A stretch of DNA of 41,067 bases from a virus. Its lineage: Duplodnaviria; Caudoviricetes. Under the pieces are notes generated by a model, which was given only the letters and a program-made list of their open reading frames with translations, was not told where the DNA came from and did no database searches. The stretch is from positions 1-41,067 of the IMG/VR virus record IMGVR_UViG_3300037308_000832. One strand, 5' to 3'. Each line of letters opens with the position of its first letter. Within the stretch, counting starts at the first letter, position 1. The translations under genes were made by a program, and so were the position numbers. This document shows positions 1 through 8,447 of this stretch, in pieces.

Positions 1-570
1 CTATGGCGCTGATTTTGCTTTTCCGATGTTTGTCTTTTTCTTTGGCAGGGGCACAGTGTCGTATCCGTCATGCTCTATTCCAATGAGTATGATCGGGTAG
101 TCTTGGGCTTCTTTTAATTCTTTTTCAGCGTATTGTCTGGCGTAACTGAAATCAGCCACCCGGTCGGTCAGGTATGGCGCCATAAAATCGGAAGGAACGA
201 CGATGACGCCAACGTCGATGACGCTTTTTTGGAGATCATTGCGAAGATGAACGATATCGCGGGCCAGCATGTCACTTCTGCCGGATACTTGAATTTCAAC
301 GCCCATACGCACCACGATTGATTGGTTAAATTTTCTGCGTTTTGTCCAGTCGGTACCGCCGGATTTTTGCTGCTCCCACTCAGGATATTGTTGGAAACTG
401 GCGTCGATTCTTTCCCGAATCACGCCAGCACTGTTGGCCTTATTCGCCTGCAAGATAAGCACGGGGGTGTTTATCAGAATATCCTGAAGCTCAAGGAACA
501 GGTGCGACAACCCCAGCCGGCAAACCTTTTCTCGTGCTCCGCCGTAGAATTTCAGATTGGTTATTTTCAT
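1..570 (-). CDS. Type II restriction endonuclease, BamHI/BglII/BstYI family
   Basis: Motifs GGTDW..GVEIQ, APYLTDRVADF and PIILIGIEHDGYDTVPLPK resemble BamHI segments as recalled (YYLTDRVTNF, PFIFIGF..VPLIPK); directly downstream of a DNA methyltransferase. Confidence 0.8.
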   Translation of the reverse strand: MKITNLKFYGGAREKVCRLGLSHLFLELQDILINTPVLILQANKANSAGVIRERIDASFQQYPEWEQQKSGGTDWTKRRKFNQSIVVRMGVEIQVSGRSDMLARDIVHLRNDLQKSVIDVGVIVVPSDFMAPYLTDRVADFSYARQYAEKELKEAQDYPIILIGIEHDGYDTVPLPKKKTNIGKAKSAP

Positions 571-1384
571 TTCTGAATAACCCCTGGTAATCGAATTGTG
601 GTTGTTGGTCTATCGAATCGGGGCAGATCTCCGTCAGTCGCGTCTTGATGTGCCGGCAGTCGTACAGTTCGGTGCCGATCCATCGCCGGCCGTGCTTTTC
701 AGCCACTTGATAGGTGGACCCGCCGCCGCCGAACGGATCGAATACGAGGTCGTTCTTCTTGGTCGAGATGAGGACCGCCCGCTCTGGGATTATGAGCTTC
801 AGTTCATTGACTCCCTGGCGGACCTTAAATTTTTTGTGGCGGTTCGGGGAAGTGTCCTCCCAGAAGTCGGTGAGGTTCAAGCCTTTGTCGTTCAGCTTGT
901 CCCGGTGCCCGCCGTAGTCCTTTATTTCCTTGCCGCAGTGCCGGCAGGTGGGGATGGGCACCCGTAGTTCGTTGAACCGCTTCGGGTCGTCTTTCGTGTA
1001 GTAGAGCAAGGCATAGTGGGCCGGGTAGAGTTTGTTTCCGCGCCGGTAGGTGCCCTTCATGGTCAGGGCGATCCAGTGGCGGAAGGTGAGCAGGGTATTC
1101 AGGTGTCCGGCGAAGCGTATGGCAAGCTCCGGGGTGGCGTACACGAAAAAGGCGCCGCCCTTTTTAAGGAGGCGCGCCCCTTCGGTCAGCCATTCCCGGC
1201 ACCAGGCGTGGTACTGTTCTTTTTCTTGGTTATCGTCGTAGCCGTTGTTGTATATTTTTCCCAGGTTGAAGGGCGGGTCGGCGAAGATGCAGTGGAATAT
1301 ACCGTCGCGGAGCGATCGCATGATTTCCAGACAATCAGTCTCGAACAGGACGCCATTACGGGTGGTCAGATACGGGGTGAGCAT
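491..1384 (-). CDS. Site-specific DNA methyltransferase, N4/N6 beta class, M.BamHI-like
   Basis: Catalytic DPPF precedes SAM-binding FDPFGGGGST; CRHCGKEIKDYGG segment is M.BamHI-like. Confidence 0.92.
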   Translation of the reverse strand: MLTPYLTTRNGVLFETDCLEIMRSLRDGIFHCIFADPPFNLGKIYNNGYDDNQEKEQYHAWCREWLTEGARLLKKGGAFFVYATPELAIRFAGHLNTLLTFRHWIALTMKGTYRRGNKLYPAHYALLYYTKDDPKRFNELRVPIPTCRHCGKEIKDYGGHRDKLNDKGLNLTDFWEDTSPNRHKKFKVRQGVNELKLIIPERAVLISTKKNDLVFDPFGGGGSTYQVAEKHGRRWIGTELYDCRHIKTRLTEICPDSIDQQPQFDYQGLFRNENNQSEILRRSTRKGLPAGVVAPVP

Positions 1385-1554
1385 GCGTAATCGCGTATCA
1401 CAAGATGTTGTGTGGTGTCAATGGAATGTATCTAATGGCTGTGCATAACCGGCAATTCACAGCTATATTCGTTTATGGTAAAATTAAAATATACCCGCCG
1501 AAATTGCTAAAAAAATTTACGCCGATAAAACCCCGCCGAAATTCCCCTTAATAG

Positions 1555-1686
1555 TGCGCATAACATTGGCCGGAGAGACCTGCGGCTACTCCGACCGCAA
1601 TCGAATTTGCCCCTTGCCGTTATTGAAAAGCCCGGACAAGGTATCAAACCCGATTGCGGTCGGCGCAGCCGCCCAAGTTATGCGCA
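1555..1686. repeat. Long imperfect inverted repeat (~130 nt hairpin)
   Basis: TGCGCATAAC 1555-1564 pairs with GTTATGCGCA 1677-1686; CCGACCGCAATCG 1591-1603 pairs with CGATTGCGGTCGG 1651-1663. Confidence 0.85.
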
Positions 1687-1694
1687 TATAGCCT

Positions 1695-2441
1695 ATGGTC
1701 ACTGACATTCTCCACGACCTTCTCGATTTCCGCTATGCCACCATGTACAACCTGCACTCCCGCACCTGCAAATGGTTCGAGGGGTCCTTGTTGCAACCAC
1801 GCAAGGATTTTCAGCGCCTCATCGCCTCTAAATACATCCTTCCGGTTGACCAGGGCATCCCGGTCCGGGAAACGTCCATGAAGCAGTTTTATAAGATCAC
1901 CAAGGATGGGGCGGAGTACGTGGATCGCCGGCACGACTATAAGCCGGTCGAACGGAAAGAATCGTCATCCCTCAAGCACGAGAGCGTCAAGATAGACGTG
2001 CTCAAGTCCTTCAAGCTCATGTACGGGGCGCGGCAGTTCGACTACCACGTATCCATAGACGGCCATCGACCGGATGCGGTCATTCACGCCCCTTTCAAGT
2101 GTTACCTGGAGGTGGAGATAAAGGACCGGCCGGACAAGGTGATGATAACCTGCCGGAAGTGGAGTCAGGACCATAAAGACGGTCCGGTCCTCGTCGTGTA
2201 TTCCGATTTCAGCCACGATCCGTTCGTTCGGTATCAGCGGTACGCCGACAAGACCTACGAGAATGCCCGGATAGCGATGTCGGGACTGTTGCGCCACGCG
2301 AAGAAGGCCGGGCTGTCGGGCCGCTTCCTGTTCACCCACCACGTCTATTATCACAAGCTGGACGATAATGTCTGGTTTACGCCGGACGGCTCCCGCTACT
2401 CGCTCGACACCTACGGGAAGGAGCGGGGGTTAATCAAATAA
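1695..2441 (+). CDS. Replic_Relax-like protein (wHTH + PD-(D/E)XK), copy 1
   Basis: N-terminal wHTH-like region (..YKITKDG), then LKHE, RPDA and YLEVE motifs. Confidence 0.65.
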   Translation: MVTDILHDLLDFRYATMYNLHSRTCKWFEGSLLQPRKDFQRLIASKYILPVDQGIPVRETSMKQFYKITKDGAEYVDRRHDYKPVERKESSSLKHESVKIDVLKSFKLMYGARQFDYHVSIDGHRPDAVIHAPFKCYLEVEIKDRPDKVMITCRKWSQDHKDGPVLVVYSDFSHDPFVRYQRYADKTYENARIAMSGLLRHAKKAGLSGRFLFTHHVYYHKLDDNVWFTPDGSRYSLDTYGKERGLIK

Positions 2442-2445
2442 TCGT

Positions 2446-2751
2446 ATGACGAGGGAGGAAAAGTTCATCGAACTCGGCAAGCTCTACGCCGAGATCCACC
2501 GACTCACGAACCGGGCCATGGAGCTTTTAGATGCGCCGTCGGCCGAGAAGGAGTTCGAGAAGGCCATAAAAGACCATAAGGAGAAAGAGGCGGCCGTGCC
2601 GAAAAAAACCGGGCGCGGTAAATGGGTCCGCACCAAGAAACCCACCGACTATATCTGCAACGATTGCCAAGCCAAGTTCATGTCAACGGCGGGAAAGCTG
2701 GACACGACCTGCAACAACTGCGGGTCGGTCCACATTGATTACGCCAAATAA
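2446..2751 (+). CDS. Hypothetical protein with C-terminal zinc ribbon
   Basis: CNDC...CNNC motif; tightly packed after the upstream gene. Confidence 0.7.
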   Translation: MTREEKFIELGKLYAEIHRLTNRAMELLDAPSAEKEFEKAIKDHKEKEAAVPKKTGRGKWVRTKKPTDYICNDCQAKFMSTAGKLDTTCNNCGSVHIDYAK

Positions 2752-2763
2752 TTCGAAATCAAT

Positions 2764-3111
2764 ATGCAGTTACAACTCATCTACGACCGCCAAGCGGACA
2801 ACAAACAAAAAATGAAAGAGCTAAAGGTCATGATCGCCGACTCACTCGAAAAAGACCCAAAGTACCAGTCGGCGCTGATGGACCTCAACGACGCCAGGGT
2901 CAAGGTCAACGCCGTGAAAACGTCCATTCTCGCCCGATTCCAAGGCGACATCGACAACATTGAGGTTCTCAAAACAGACATTGGGAACGACCGCGATCTG
3001 ATGACCGACCAGGCGCTGGCCTTGTTCGCCAAAGGGCAGGAGCCGGTGGTTACGCACAAAGGAATTACCTACGCCGCCGAGTTTTCGGTGCGGTTTAAGA
3101 AGAAGCAATAG
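2764..3111 (+). CDS. Conserved hypothetical coiled-coil protein (resembles a family I recall from Parcubacteria)
   Basis: Helical ORF ending ..FSVRFKK; tATG start. Confidence 0.7.
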   Translation: MQLQLIYDRQADNKQKMKELKVMIADSLEKDPKYQSALMDLNDARVKVNAVKTSILARFQGDIDNIEVLKTDIGNDRDLMTDQALALFAKGQEPVVTHKGITYAAEFSVRFKKKQ

Positions 3112-3112
3112 T

Positions 3113-3268
3113 ATGGTCTATTTTTTTATTCTATTTTTGTCATTTGCGTTTGTTTATTATTCTTACGTTTCGGACACTAATTGGCAAAAATACGGGGCAA
3201 TTTTACTAGTTTTAATCGGCATAGAAATAATTGATCAGTTAAGAGAAATAAAAGATAAATTGAAGTAG
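3113..3268 (+). CDS. Small AT-rich membrane protein (51 aa), not in the ORF track
   Basis: MVYFFILFLSFAFVYY..GAILLVLIGIEIIDQLREIKDKLK; starts right after the upstream stop. Confidence 0.5.
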   Translation: MVYFFILFLSFAFVYYSYVSDTNWQKYGAILLVLIGIEIIDQLREIKDKLK

Positions 3269-3299
3269 CTTCTTACAACCTACCTGCGTATACCCACCT

Positions 3300-3438
3300 A
3301 ACTGTCCCTCGTCTCCCATTGTAGCGGCAGCTTCCGGCCCCTCAAGGGTAGTTCGCCCACAAGAGTACTTGTGGACGACTCCAGCCCTTGACCGGCCGCA
3401 AGCTATCAGCCGCTATCTCAATAGCGAGAGGGACAGTT
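3300..3438 (-). promoter_or_regulatory. Frpo-like single-stranded-DNA hairpin promoter upstream of ardC
   Basis: Stem from AACTGTCCCTC/GAGGGACAGTT up to CCACAAG-agta-CTTGTGG; minus strand of the left arm reads TTGAGG-16 nt-TACAAT. Confidence 0.7.
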
Positions 3439-3481
3439 TGGCGGACGCCCTCTTGCTTATTTTCCGCCGAGCGGAGGTGCG

Positions 3482-4232
3482 TATGCAAGAAGTCCAAGCA
3501 GTCCTACAGGACATCGTGACCAAGTTTCAGAACGGCGACATCCCTGATTGCGTGGCGTATGCGACTTTCCCCATCCCGGACATTCCGGCTAAGAAGTGGT
3601 CGTTTCTCAATCGAACGATCATGTTCATGTCCGGCACGATGGACGCTCGCGGCTTTCGCCAGTGGCAACAGGCCGGGCGGTTCGTCAGGAAGGGTTCCCG
3701 GTGCTTCTACATCCTCGCTCCGATGATCGTGAGGAAGAACGAGGAGGAAGTGGTCAAAGGCTTTAAGTCCGTGGCTGTATTCCGGGCCGAAGACACGGAC
3801 GGTCAACCGCTTGAGTACCAGACCCACCAACTCCCGGAATTGCCCTTAATGGAACGAGCACAAGAGTGGGGCGTGAACGTCAAGGCCGTCCCGGGCAACT
3901 ACCAGTACTATGGGTTCTTCTCCCAGACGAGGAACGAGATCGGCCTCGCTACTCCCGACGAATGCGTTTTCTTTCACGAGCTTTCCCACGCCGGGCATTG
4001 CCGGATCGTGGGCGGTCTTAAACCAGGTCAAGACCCGATGCAGGAAGTGGTGGCGGAATTGTGCGGGGCGGCGCTCTGCCGGCTGGTGGGGAAGTCCGGG
4101 GGCAAGTATTTCGGCAACGCCTACCGCTACATCGGGCGGTACGCGGAGAAGCTGAAGGTCACCCCGGTAGCGGCTTGTCTCCGGGCCTTACGGGAATGCG
4201 AATTGACCCTGCAACTCATCCTTGCTCCTTAG
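3482..4232 (+). CDS. ardC: ArdC-like antirestriction/ssDNA-binding protein with HExxH domain
   Basis: WSFLN..GFRQWQQAGRFVRKGS..ILAP N-domain; FFHELSH and EVVAE motifs; GGAGG SD before ATG 3482. Confidence 0.85.
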
Positions 4233-4238
4233 AACCAA

Positions 4239-4264
4239 AGACCGCCTGAAATACGGCGGTTTTC
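4239..4264 (+). terminator. Rho-independent terminator after ardC
   Basis: ACCGCC-tgaaatac-GGCGGT followed by TTT. Confidence 0.6.
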
Positions 4265-4336
4265 ACTTGGGGATAACTTTTACAAGAAATTGGAAAATCT
4301 TGTAAAAATGCCAGTAAATATAATAAATACAGGGTC

Positions 4337-4364
4337 TTGACGAATTCTGCAGGTATGCTATAAT
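4337..4364 (+). promoter_or_regulatory. Sigma70-like early promoter
   Basis: TTGACG-16 nt-TATAAT with an extended TG. Confidence 0.7.
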
Positions 4365-4392
4365 TATAATAAAGCTAGTATATCAATCACTT

Positions 4393-4557
4393 ATGAAAAA
4401 AATGCTTCTGACCTTCTCCGGAACGAATGAAGAACTGCACAAATGGCTAAAAGTGTGGTGTGCTGAAAATGATAAATCAATGAATGGTACGGTGATCGGT
4501 TTAATTAAAAAACAAAAACAAAAGTATGACCAACGTCACCATCAAGCGAACGGGTAA
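4393..4557 (+). CDS. Ribbon-helix-helix (Arc-like) regulator, 54 aa, not in the ORF track
   Basis: MKKMLLTF..EELHKWLKVWCAENDKSMNGTVIGLI fits an RHH pattern; first gene after the promoter. Confidence 0.65.
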   Translation: MKKMLLTFSGTNEELHKWLKVWCAENDKSMNGTVIGLIKKQKQKYDQRHHQANG

Positions 4558-4675
4558 GTTCTACCGCTATAAAAAATCCGGTCGTTTCGCTCAGAAGCCC
4601 TCTCTTACCCCCGCAATCATTTTCATGCTCATGATCATCCTTCAGTTCGTCTACGCTGCTTTTAGCTTGAATTAA
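4526..4675 (+). CDS. Small basic protein with a C-terminal TM helix (49 aa)
   Basis: MTNVTIKRTGKFYRYKKSGRFAQKP followed by a hydrophobic segment; tATG start. Confidence 0.45.
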   Translation: MTNVTIKRTGKFYRYKKSGRFAQKPSLTPAIIFMLMIILQFVYAAFSLN

Positions 4676-4730
4676 GTCATAACATAGCCGGTTGGTATCG
4701 CGGTGTACGGCCAGCCGGCCAGAAACAAGT

Positions 4731-5594
4731 ATGCGCGTGTACAACACGGGCGAGTCCCAAGTGAAGCCGTCAGTGGTCATGCTGGTGTACGGTGAAGGCG
4801 GTGTCGGAAAGACAACCTTCGCCTCGACCGCTCCCAAGCCGATCCTCGGCGACTGCGAGAACGGCGCTAAGTATTTCGGCCTTCGGGGAATCAAGGTCGA
4901 CGTGGCGCAAATCGAAAAGTGGTCGGACATGAAAGACTTCCTCGATCTTGTCCGCACGGCCGACTATCAGACCATTGTCCTCGATCCGGTCGGCGAGCTG
5001 ATGGACAAGCTGAAGCGGTACATGATCGCCATGAACGACAGCAAGCTGGTCCAGAAGGACGGCAGCCCGACCATGGCCGGCTGGGGATGGCTCAAGAAGA
5101 CGCTCCGGGATTACATCAAGATTCTCCGCGACACCGGCAAAAACGTCCTCCTGATCGCCCACCTCGATGAACAGAAAGACGAAGACCGGATCGTCAAACG
5201 CCCGAAGGTCGAGACGAAGCTGTCCGATGAACTGGTGAACATGGTCGACATCGTGGCGTACATGACAGTGGTGAAACACGAGGGGGAAGACCGCCGCATC
5301 CTCGTCGTCGACCCGGGAAGCGACAAGTACACGGCCAAGGACCGGACCGGGCAACTCGGGAAGGTCATCGAGCCGGATTTCACCAAGATTATGAACGCGG
5401 TGCAGGGGACGGCGACCTATAGCTGGAGCAAGCCCAAACCGGAACAGTCGAAAGAGGAACCCAAGCCGGTGGCGAAAGCCGAATCAAAGCCGGAACCGAA
5501 ACCCGAGCCGGCGCCTGAACCTAAAAAACTTACCAATCCCACCTTAGAAGCCGCCCGCCAGAAGATGGCCGTCGCTAAGGCCAAACAGCAATAA
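4731..5594 (+). CDS. Sak4-like / AAA_24 phage recombination ATPase
   Basis: Walker A YGEGGVGKTT, TIVLD, LLIAH and AKDRTG motifs; Pro/Glu/Lys-rich tail. Confidence 0.85.
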   Translation: MRVYNTGESQVKPSVVMLVYGEGGVGKTTFASTAPKPILGDCENGAKYFGLRGIKVDVAQIEKWSDMKDFLDLVRTADYQTIVLDPVGELMDKLKRYMIAMNDSKLVQKDGSPTMAGWGWLKKTLRDYIKILRDTGKNVLLIAHLDEQKDEDRIVKRPKVETKLSDELVNMVDIVAYMTVVKHEGEDRRILVVDPGSDKYTAKDRTGQLGKVIEPDFTKIMNAVQGTATYSWSKPKPEQSKEEPKPVAKAESKPEPKPEPAPEPKKLTNPTLEAARQKMAVAKAKQQ

Positions 5595-5595
5595 T

Positions 5596-6381
5596 ATGGC
5601 TGAGAAACAGACGCACTCGCTTTACGGGGGAGAAGTCGCGATCGACTTCTTCCCCGAGAGCCACCGGTACAAGTTGAGCGGTGAGCGGAGCTACCTGATC
5701 TCCTGCACCGCAGTCACCGGCATAATCGACAAATCGCGGTTCCTTATTCCGTGGGCCGTCAACCTCGCCGGCACCCACCTGAAACAGTTCATTGAGAATG
5801 CGACATCCCAACAGTTCACGGCCGAGGAGTTACTGCCAGTGATCGATGAGGCTCTAAAACAACACACTGTCAAAAAGGAGGAAGCGGCCAGCATCGGCGA
5901 CCTTATCCACGCGTGGGCCGAAAGTTTCGCCCTGGTGCAGTTGGAGAACGGCGAATCTCCCGATATCGCCGACGATCTTGACGATCGGGTTATCAACGGC
6001 ATCAACGCCTTTCTCGACTGGTACAACGCCCACAACGTCAAGTTCGTATGCGCTGAAAAGCTGGTCTATTCCCGGGAGCACGGATTCGTCGGCAAGATCG
6101 ACGCCGTGGCCGAGGTGGACGGCCGGAAAATGCTCATCGACTACAAGAGCGGCAAGTACATCTACAACGAACACCTGTACCAGGTCGCCGGCTACCGCCT
6201 CGCTTACGAGGAAGAGCACGGCAAGCTTGACGGCGCGGTGATCCTCCACTTCAACAAGGAGACTGGGCAACTGGAAACCAAGGAGATCGCCGAGGAGGAT
6301 TACAAGAAGGACGCAATTACCTTTCTTGCCTGCTTGACCGTCAAGCAACGGGAGAAGGAGCTTACTAAATATAACGCGTAA
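5596..6381 (+). CDS. PD-(D/E)XK exonuclease (phage recombination, Cas4/RecB-like)
   Basis: SCTAVTG, G.LIH, GKIDA..LIDYKSG and QVAGY motifs. Confidence 0.85.
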   Translation: MAEKQTHSLYGGEVAIDFFPESHRYKLSGERSYLISCTAVTGIIDKSRFLIPWAVNLAGTHLKQFIENATSQQFTAEELLPVIDEALKQHTVKKEEAASIGDLIHAWAESFALVQLENGESPDIADDLDDRVINGINAFLDWYNAHNVKFVCAEKLVYSREHGFVGKIDAVAEVDGRKMLIDYKSGKYIYNEHLYQVAGYRLAYEEEHGKLDGAVILHFNKETGQLETKEIAEEDYKKDAITFLACLTVKQREKELTKYNA

Positions 6382-6385
6382 ACGT

Positions 6386-6676
6386 ATGGCGAGTCGTCAA
6401 ATTGGCGCCCTCTGGGTGCGTAAGTCCAAGGATGGAAAGAACTACATGTCCGGCACCCTGGAAGACCTCAGGGGAAACATCCAGATTGCGGTTTTCAAGA
6501 ATGACCGTAAAGAGAAAGAGAACCAACCGGACTTTAGAATCGTGTTATCCGGTGAACCGGAGAACAAGCCCGCCGCGAATGCCGCCGATGCGATATTTGG
6601 CGAATCGGCCGCAATGCCCGCCATCACCGAGGCGGCGGAGCCGGAGATCAGAATCGAGGACATTCCGTTTAGCTGA
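6386..6676 (+). CDS. Putative ssDNA-binding protein (DUF736-like)
   Basis: IGALW..YMSG..QPDFRI; acidic SSB-like tail EDIPF. Confidence 0.7.
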   Translation: MASRQIGALWVRKSKDGKNYMSGTLEDLRGNIQIAVFKNDRKEKENQPDFRIVLSGEPENKPAANAADAIFGESAAMPAITEAAEPEIRIEDIPFS

Positions 6677-6708
6677 CAGACACTCCGGGCCTTACCGGGC
6701 CCGGGAGT

Positions 6709-7131
6709 ATGGCAGTTAACATCGAAAAAACAGTATTCATCGCCGAAGTCCGCGACGGCAAGCTCCTATTCCGCAACCCGAAACGCTTTGACCTATTCGT
6801 CGGACAGATGAAAGGCAAGGTGACGGTGCACATCGAACGGATGAAGAAGGTCAGGACGACCGGGCAAGCCGGCGAACGATCGAACATGAACGGCTACTAC
6901 TAGCTTTACCTAACCGTGATAGCCGATGAGACAGGCGACAACCAACAAGACCTGCACGAATACCTGAAATGGAAACTGCTCCCGCCTCGCTTCGCTCACA
7001 TACTCGGCCAGACTGTCCGAATGCCCGCGACGACCACCGAACTGACCGGGGCCGAGATGATGGATTACATGATGAGAATAGAACAGGTTTGCGGAGTACC
7101 TATACCGCCGCATCCTGACGATAATCAATAA
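6709..7131 (+). pseudogene. NinB/Orf-like protein interrupted by an in-frame TAG at 6901-6903
   Basis: ORFs 6709-6903 and 6916-7131 share a frame: RSNMNGYY*LYLTVIADETG..LHEYLK..TTELT..YM. Confidence 0.65.
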
Positions 7132-7135
7132 ACCT

Positions 7136-7324
7136 ATGTATCAAGACAACGCCATCTATGTTTGCGCCCATTGCGGTGAAAAGGCCAAGGGTAAGAGCCG
7201 TTATTGCGCCCAATGCACGACCAAGGCCGGGCGCATGGAAATCTACAAGGCCAACCTGGAAATATACAAAGAGCGCAAAGCCGCAGGGTTGCCGGTTCCG
7301 CAATCATTACCTAATCCGGCTTAG
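7136..7324 (+). CDS. Small zinc-finger protein
   Basis: CAHC..CAQC motif; aacctATG start. Confidence 0.6.
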   Translation: MYQDNAIYVCAHCGEKAKGKSRYCAQCTTKAGRMEIYKANLEIYKERKAAGLPVPQSLPNPA

Positions 7325-7367
7325 TAAATACCGGCGTGCCGATACCGCCGCACCCGGATGAAAATGT

Positions 7368-7592
7368 ATGACCGAACAACAATTCGCGCTCCTCTGTTTC
7401 CTCGTCCTCATGCAGGACATCAAAACGAAAGCGCCGAGCTACATCGAGGAAAAAACAATGATTATGGACGCCGGGTATGACGCGTTCGGATATTTGGACA
7501 TCAACAACCAGCGCAAGGTGATCGACTATCTGAAGACTTGGAACATGGACGTGCCGCAGCTCATAATGGAAAATTTTCCATACCTTCAATAA
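7368..7592 (+). CDS. Hypothetical protein
   Basis: 74 aa ORF with tATG start, packed in the operon. Confidence 0.6.
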   Translation: MTEQQFALLCFLVLMQDIKTKAPSYIEEKTMIMDAGYDAFGYLDINNQRKVIDYLKTWNMDVPQLIMENFPYLQ

Positions 7593-7598
7593 AAACGT

Positions 7599-8060
7599 AT
7601 GAAGACCAAAAACAAAAAAATCACTCCCCGCCAGTTCCGCGCGTTCCTCCTTTGGTTCATCGCTCTCCTCTCGATCATCGTCATCTACCAGAAGGCTGAC
7701 ATCAAGCTCCTGATGGTGGCGGCGGCGCCGGCAGACCGGCACGCCTTCCTTCCGCAGAATCCCGACCGGACCGACCTGACCGTAGCAGAGCGCATTCGCA
7801 TCATCGCTCATAAGGCCGGGTTTCAGTGGCCGGACTACCTCGTAAAGCTGGCCTACTGTGAATCACGGTTCGACCAGTGGGCGACTAACCTGAACGGCGG
7901 GCATAGTTTGGATCGGGGGCTGTTCCAGATCAACCAGAAATACCATCCCGACGTATCGAGTGAGTGTGCGTTCGACATCGAGTGTTCGACCAAATGGACG
8001 ATGGAACAGGTAAGTGCCGGACGGCAAAGTATGTGGGTGTGCGATAAGTTAATTCAGTGA
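7599..8060 (+). CDS. Membrane-anchored lysozyme-like/lytic transglycosylase
   Basis: N-terminal TM helix; CES catalytic motif, DRGLFQIN and W..C. Confidence 0.8.
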   Translation: MKTKNKKITPRQFRAFLLWFIALLSIIVIYQKADIKLLMVAAAPADRHAFLPQNPDRTDLTVAERIRIIAHKAGFQWPDYLVKLAYCESRFDQWATNLNGGHSLDRGLFQINQKYHPDVSSECAFDIECSTKWTMEQVSAGRQSMWVCDKLIQ

Positions 8061-8080
8061 TCTTCCCCTTAAGTTCACAT

Positions 8081-8280
8081 AGTCGGGTGGCGGAATAGGT
8101 AGACGCACGGTGTCCCGTTAAATGCGGAGCCGGTTTGTACCGAAGCCAAAGAGTAGCCGTGACACTGCCACGGCGATGGTATGGGGGTTACAATCAAACA
8201 TGCAGGGTGACTATGCGAGTAATCCGTTATCAATGCCCTCAACAAGCAAAGACGACGCTCGTCAAATCCCTGCCCCGACA
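8081..8280 (+). ncRNA. tRNA-like element with greatly expanded anticodon/variable and T arms
   Basis: GTCGGG/CCCGAC acceptor stem, TGGCGGAATAGGTAGACGC D arm (Leu-like), GCAGGG..TCAAAT-CCCTGC T arm; no readable anticodon. Confidence 0.55.
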
Positions 8281-8447
8281 CTCTTAATCTCCATTTCGTT
8301 CCTTGTAACCTGCCCGATCCCTCCGGGCAGGGTAGAGCGAACGATCAGCTGGCGAATGCGCGGCTCAGTAGCCATGACCGACGGATGAGGTAACTCATCC
8401 CAGTGGTGAACGCGGCCAAACGGTTTGTTGGCTCCCTAACGGGTTAT

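Noticed and set aside
3369-3481. N-terminal extension of ArdC, and ORF 8944-9162, both from GTG starts
   Set aside because: These starts fall inside the hairpin elements; ATG 3482 has an SD and begins the domain
5596-6381. Cas4 of a CRISPR system
   Set aside because: No Fe-S cysteine set or cas neighbours; the Sak4/SSB context indicates a phage recombination nuclease
6901-6903. Genome-wide stop-codon reassignment
   Set aside because: TAG, TGA and TAA all end well-packed genes elsewhere; only one interrupted gene was seen
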